Positions 62,240 to 64,000 of a stretch of 64,000 nucleotides of DNA are shown in pieces. Position 1 is the stretch's first letter. The number at the start of each line of letters is the position of its first letter. Under the pieces are notes generated by a model. It did not search any database, was not told where the DNA came from, and saw nothing but the letters and a program-made list of their open reading frames with translations. Made by a program: the position numbers and the translations under genes. This stretch comes from Mobula hypostoma (taxonomy: Eukaryota): assembly GCF_963921235.1 (NCBI RefSeq), contig NC_086101.1, positions 4,280,001-4,344,000 of the forward strand. Direction: 5' to 3'.

Positions 62240-63800
62240 TTTCCATTATTTCACCCTTCCATCTTTCTCAGTTGATGTACGTTAGGCAATACAATTATCA
62301 CGGTACATAAAATTAATATTGCAACAGCATGTGATGCTATGCTCACCCATGGATGTTTCTGAACATTTGTTTCCCTATTCCAAAACTTATTCCAAAAATC
62401 TGGGTCACTTAATATTTCATACTTTGGTGTGCTTAGTATATTGATGGATTATCTCCGTTGCCTCCTCCATAACGTGTCTGGTCTGCAGTCAAGTGAGGAA
62501 TTGGTGGCAACTCAGTAACAACATCGTTCCACATATATTCATCTGTATCAGTGTGTTGTATCTTGAAGTTCTCCTTTGTTACTGTGTCTCCTGCTGGCTG
62601 AGGCAAAGTTCGTAATCCAATGGCCAGATCTAAAGTCACATTCCCTACGGCGACATTCTGACTTTCCAAAGGGCATTGTCCCCATCCCTTGGTATAACTT
62701 GTGGCCACTGTTGTTATATAATATGTCTGTCCCAACAATGCATCTTGTAAGAAGGACTGATTATTCACAGGAAAAATTGACAATGAATAATTTTCATAAG
62801 TACTGAAACCACACTTTGTAAATTTCTGCTGTGTTATTTCTTCTGGACAAGACCAGTGGTCGTCCCTTTGATAAATCTATTCCTTTCCCAGTACCATTCA
62901 TAACAATAGCTTGTGTTGGCGGGTATCCATGTATTCTCATGATGTTTACCAACATTGTGAACCCTGTTCAAAGAGTAGGTTGAATTATTTCCATGTCGGG
63001 GAATGTGGAATACCGCTCAGACGTAGAAGCTTCCTTTACCATCATCACAGGTACCCAGTACTCTGTTGGTTATTGTAAGGCTTCTAATATGACACAATGG
63101 CACCCTTTCCCCAACTCAGTCTTTTAGATGCTCATCTGAGACCCAATTTGCTCCTTGATGTGCATCATGTTGCAATAAATTAGTGTGAATCATGGTAAGC
63201 AGCAACTAGCATATGTAGCACGGATTTCAGTTTTATGCATTTCCTTAGACATGAGGTCTATGTGGTCAATAATCAGGTGTGTTGTAAATGAAGGGGCTTC
63301 AGAAATTTAACTGCAGTCCAGAGTTACCTGGGATTCATCTCGACCAATCTGATTAGTTTGTGCCTGATCTTGGTAATTTTCTCTAGTAATATCCCTTATT
63401 TTCTGGAGGATCTGTATCTGGGTTTCTAATTCTGCTATATCTATTGTGTTGACCATTGCCAGCCCTGATGCATAACCTGCTCCCACTCATTCCAATAGTC
63501 CTCTTTTCCTTCTATTTTTGACTGGTTTAAACTCACTCCTGCTTAGTTGTCTCCCAAGAAGGTGAGTACATAATGGTTTTATTGTAGGTGAGCACCATTC
63601 AGGCACCATTATTTCAGTTAGATTAAAGATTACCTCAACATGCTGGTTCCCTTGTATGAAAGTGACAAGCTCCCCCTGTATCTCCTAACACTAATCCTAC
63701 CCCATTTGTATTACGCTGGGTCTCACTACTTTCAGGCTGTGGGGTAGATTCCGTCACTTGTGGGTGTGGAGTAGTGATTTTTCTAAAAGCTTTGTGAACC
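62240..63800 (-). pseudogene. Decayed envelope (class I fusion glycoprotein) gene with F-protein-like layout
   Basis: Manual translation: ...VEVIFNLTEIMVPEWCSP...KNRRKR|GLLE*VGAGYASGLAMVNTIDIAELETQIQILQKI (furin site 63502-63513, fusion peptide, heptad); W-rich FWNKFWN..HPWV then TM IASHAVAILILCTVIIVL near 62400-62285; stops and frameshifts. Confidence 0.72.
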
Positions 63801-64000
63801 TGAAGAGGGCCTGGCCTCTGACAAAAACACTTCGCCGTTCCTTTAGTGTCTTCTCTATTCTACTCTCCCTGTGTGCTACATTCCCATGGGCAGTTCATAA
63901 TGATGGAAGCAACCTTTGAGAAACCACCCCAGTTGATATGCCTCTTGTGTAGATCACTGCCCCGCTCAATATTCACGTGTGTGATCCCACAGAACTGTAA

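Overview
Eukaryotic, repeat-rich vertebrate DNA, most likely a cartilaginous fish (ray/shark; inferred from HE1-like V-SINEs and HER1/CR1 LINEs). Two host genes are supported. (1) A ZBTB12-like BTB/zinc-finger gene on the - strand: one coding exon at 15721-16866, a non-coding exon 1 at about 18173-18400, and probably a spliced 3'UTR. (2) The first four coding exons of EHMT2/G9a on the + strand (31127-31147, 33834-33918, 55037-55333, 56057-56376), whose splice phases join in frame. This is the MHC class III ZBTB12-EHMT2 pair, here arranged head-to-head. A second copy of the ZBTB12 first exon at about 6.4 kb points to another paralogue left of the window. Most remaining sequence is decayed mobile DNA: CR1, Rex1/Babar, RTE, Nimb and Penelope retroelements, and Tc1, mariner, Tigger, hAT and Harbinger DNA transposons, often nested. 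The most interesting non-host signals are (a) a decayed LTR element in the EHMT2 intron whose envelope has a paramyxovirus/baculovirus F-like (lokiretrovirus-like) layout, and (b) short, mostly palindromic, TSD-flanked Penelope-derived elements carrying minimal hammerhead ribozymes. All family assignments come from reading motifs by eye and from recalled reference sequences, not from database searches.
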